Origin: Balanoglossus misakiensis
Lineage: Eukaryota > Animalia > Hemichordata
Assembly: GCA_040954595.2 (NCBI GenBank)
Contig: CM082597.2
Location: 3,378,014-3,442,013, forward strand
Reading direction: 5' to 3'
Length of the DNA stretch: 64,000 bases
Position numbers and translations under genes: made by a program. Position 1 is the first letter of the stretch. Every line of letters starts with the position of its first letter. Shown here in pieces: positions 63,801 through 64,000 of this stretch. Under the pieces are notes generated by a model that had not been told where the DNA came from, searched no databases, and saw only the letters and a list, made by a program, of their open reading frames with translations.

Positions 63801-64000
63801 TGACAGTTGTTGTGAAATGAGGGAATTTAGAAAAGTTGTGAACAAGTCTGTTAGGGCTAGCTGGCGACGTGCACGACTGACAAATTACACCACTCAGTGG
63901 TGTTATGAACGCACAACGGAAACGACACCCCAGCAAGGGAGAATGGTCTTCGAAAATGTCACCTAAAAAAGCTCAATTACCTTTCTCGCAGTCCTTCGCG

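Overview
Eukaryotic (metazoan) genomic DNA, not prokaryotic: it has GT-AG introns, microsatellites and MITE-like repeats. The gene content (IFT57, single-exon TRIM-NHL, orphan peptide-type GPCR) suggests a marine invertebrate, probably a deuterostome (inference). Bases 1-12560 are a very homogeneous 88-bp tandem satellite (~143 copies) that decays into degenerate monomers up to ~12850; all ORFs there are artefacts. A compact gene cluster follows. First, a 7-exon minus-strand gene (18058->14845, 421 aa by my exon assembly) encodes an N-terminal RRM fused to a complete TatD nuclease of the E. coli TatD/CRN-2 type. The ORF track fragments this gene, and it is the most unusual item in the window. 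Second, IFT57 (9 coding exons, 18743-21957, 416 aa) lies head-to-head with it. Third is a single-exon TRIM-NHL gene (23368-25581). The remaining ~38 kb is gene-poor: one class A GPCR (45140-46315, minus strand), (TACA)n microsatellites and several short non-autonomous transposon-like repeats. All calls are by eye; no database search was run.
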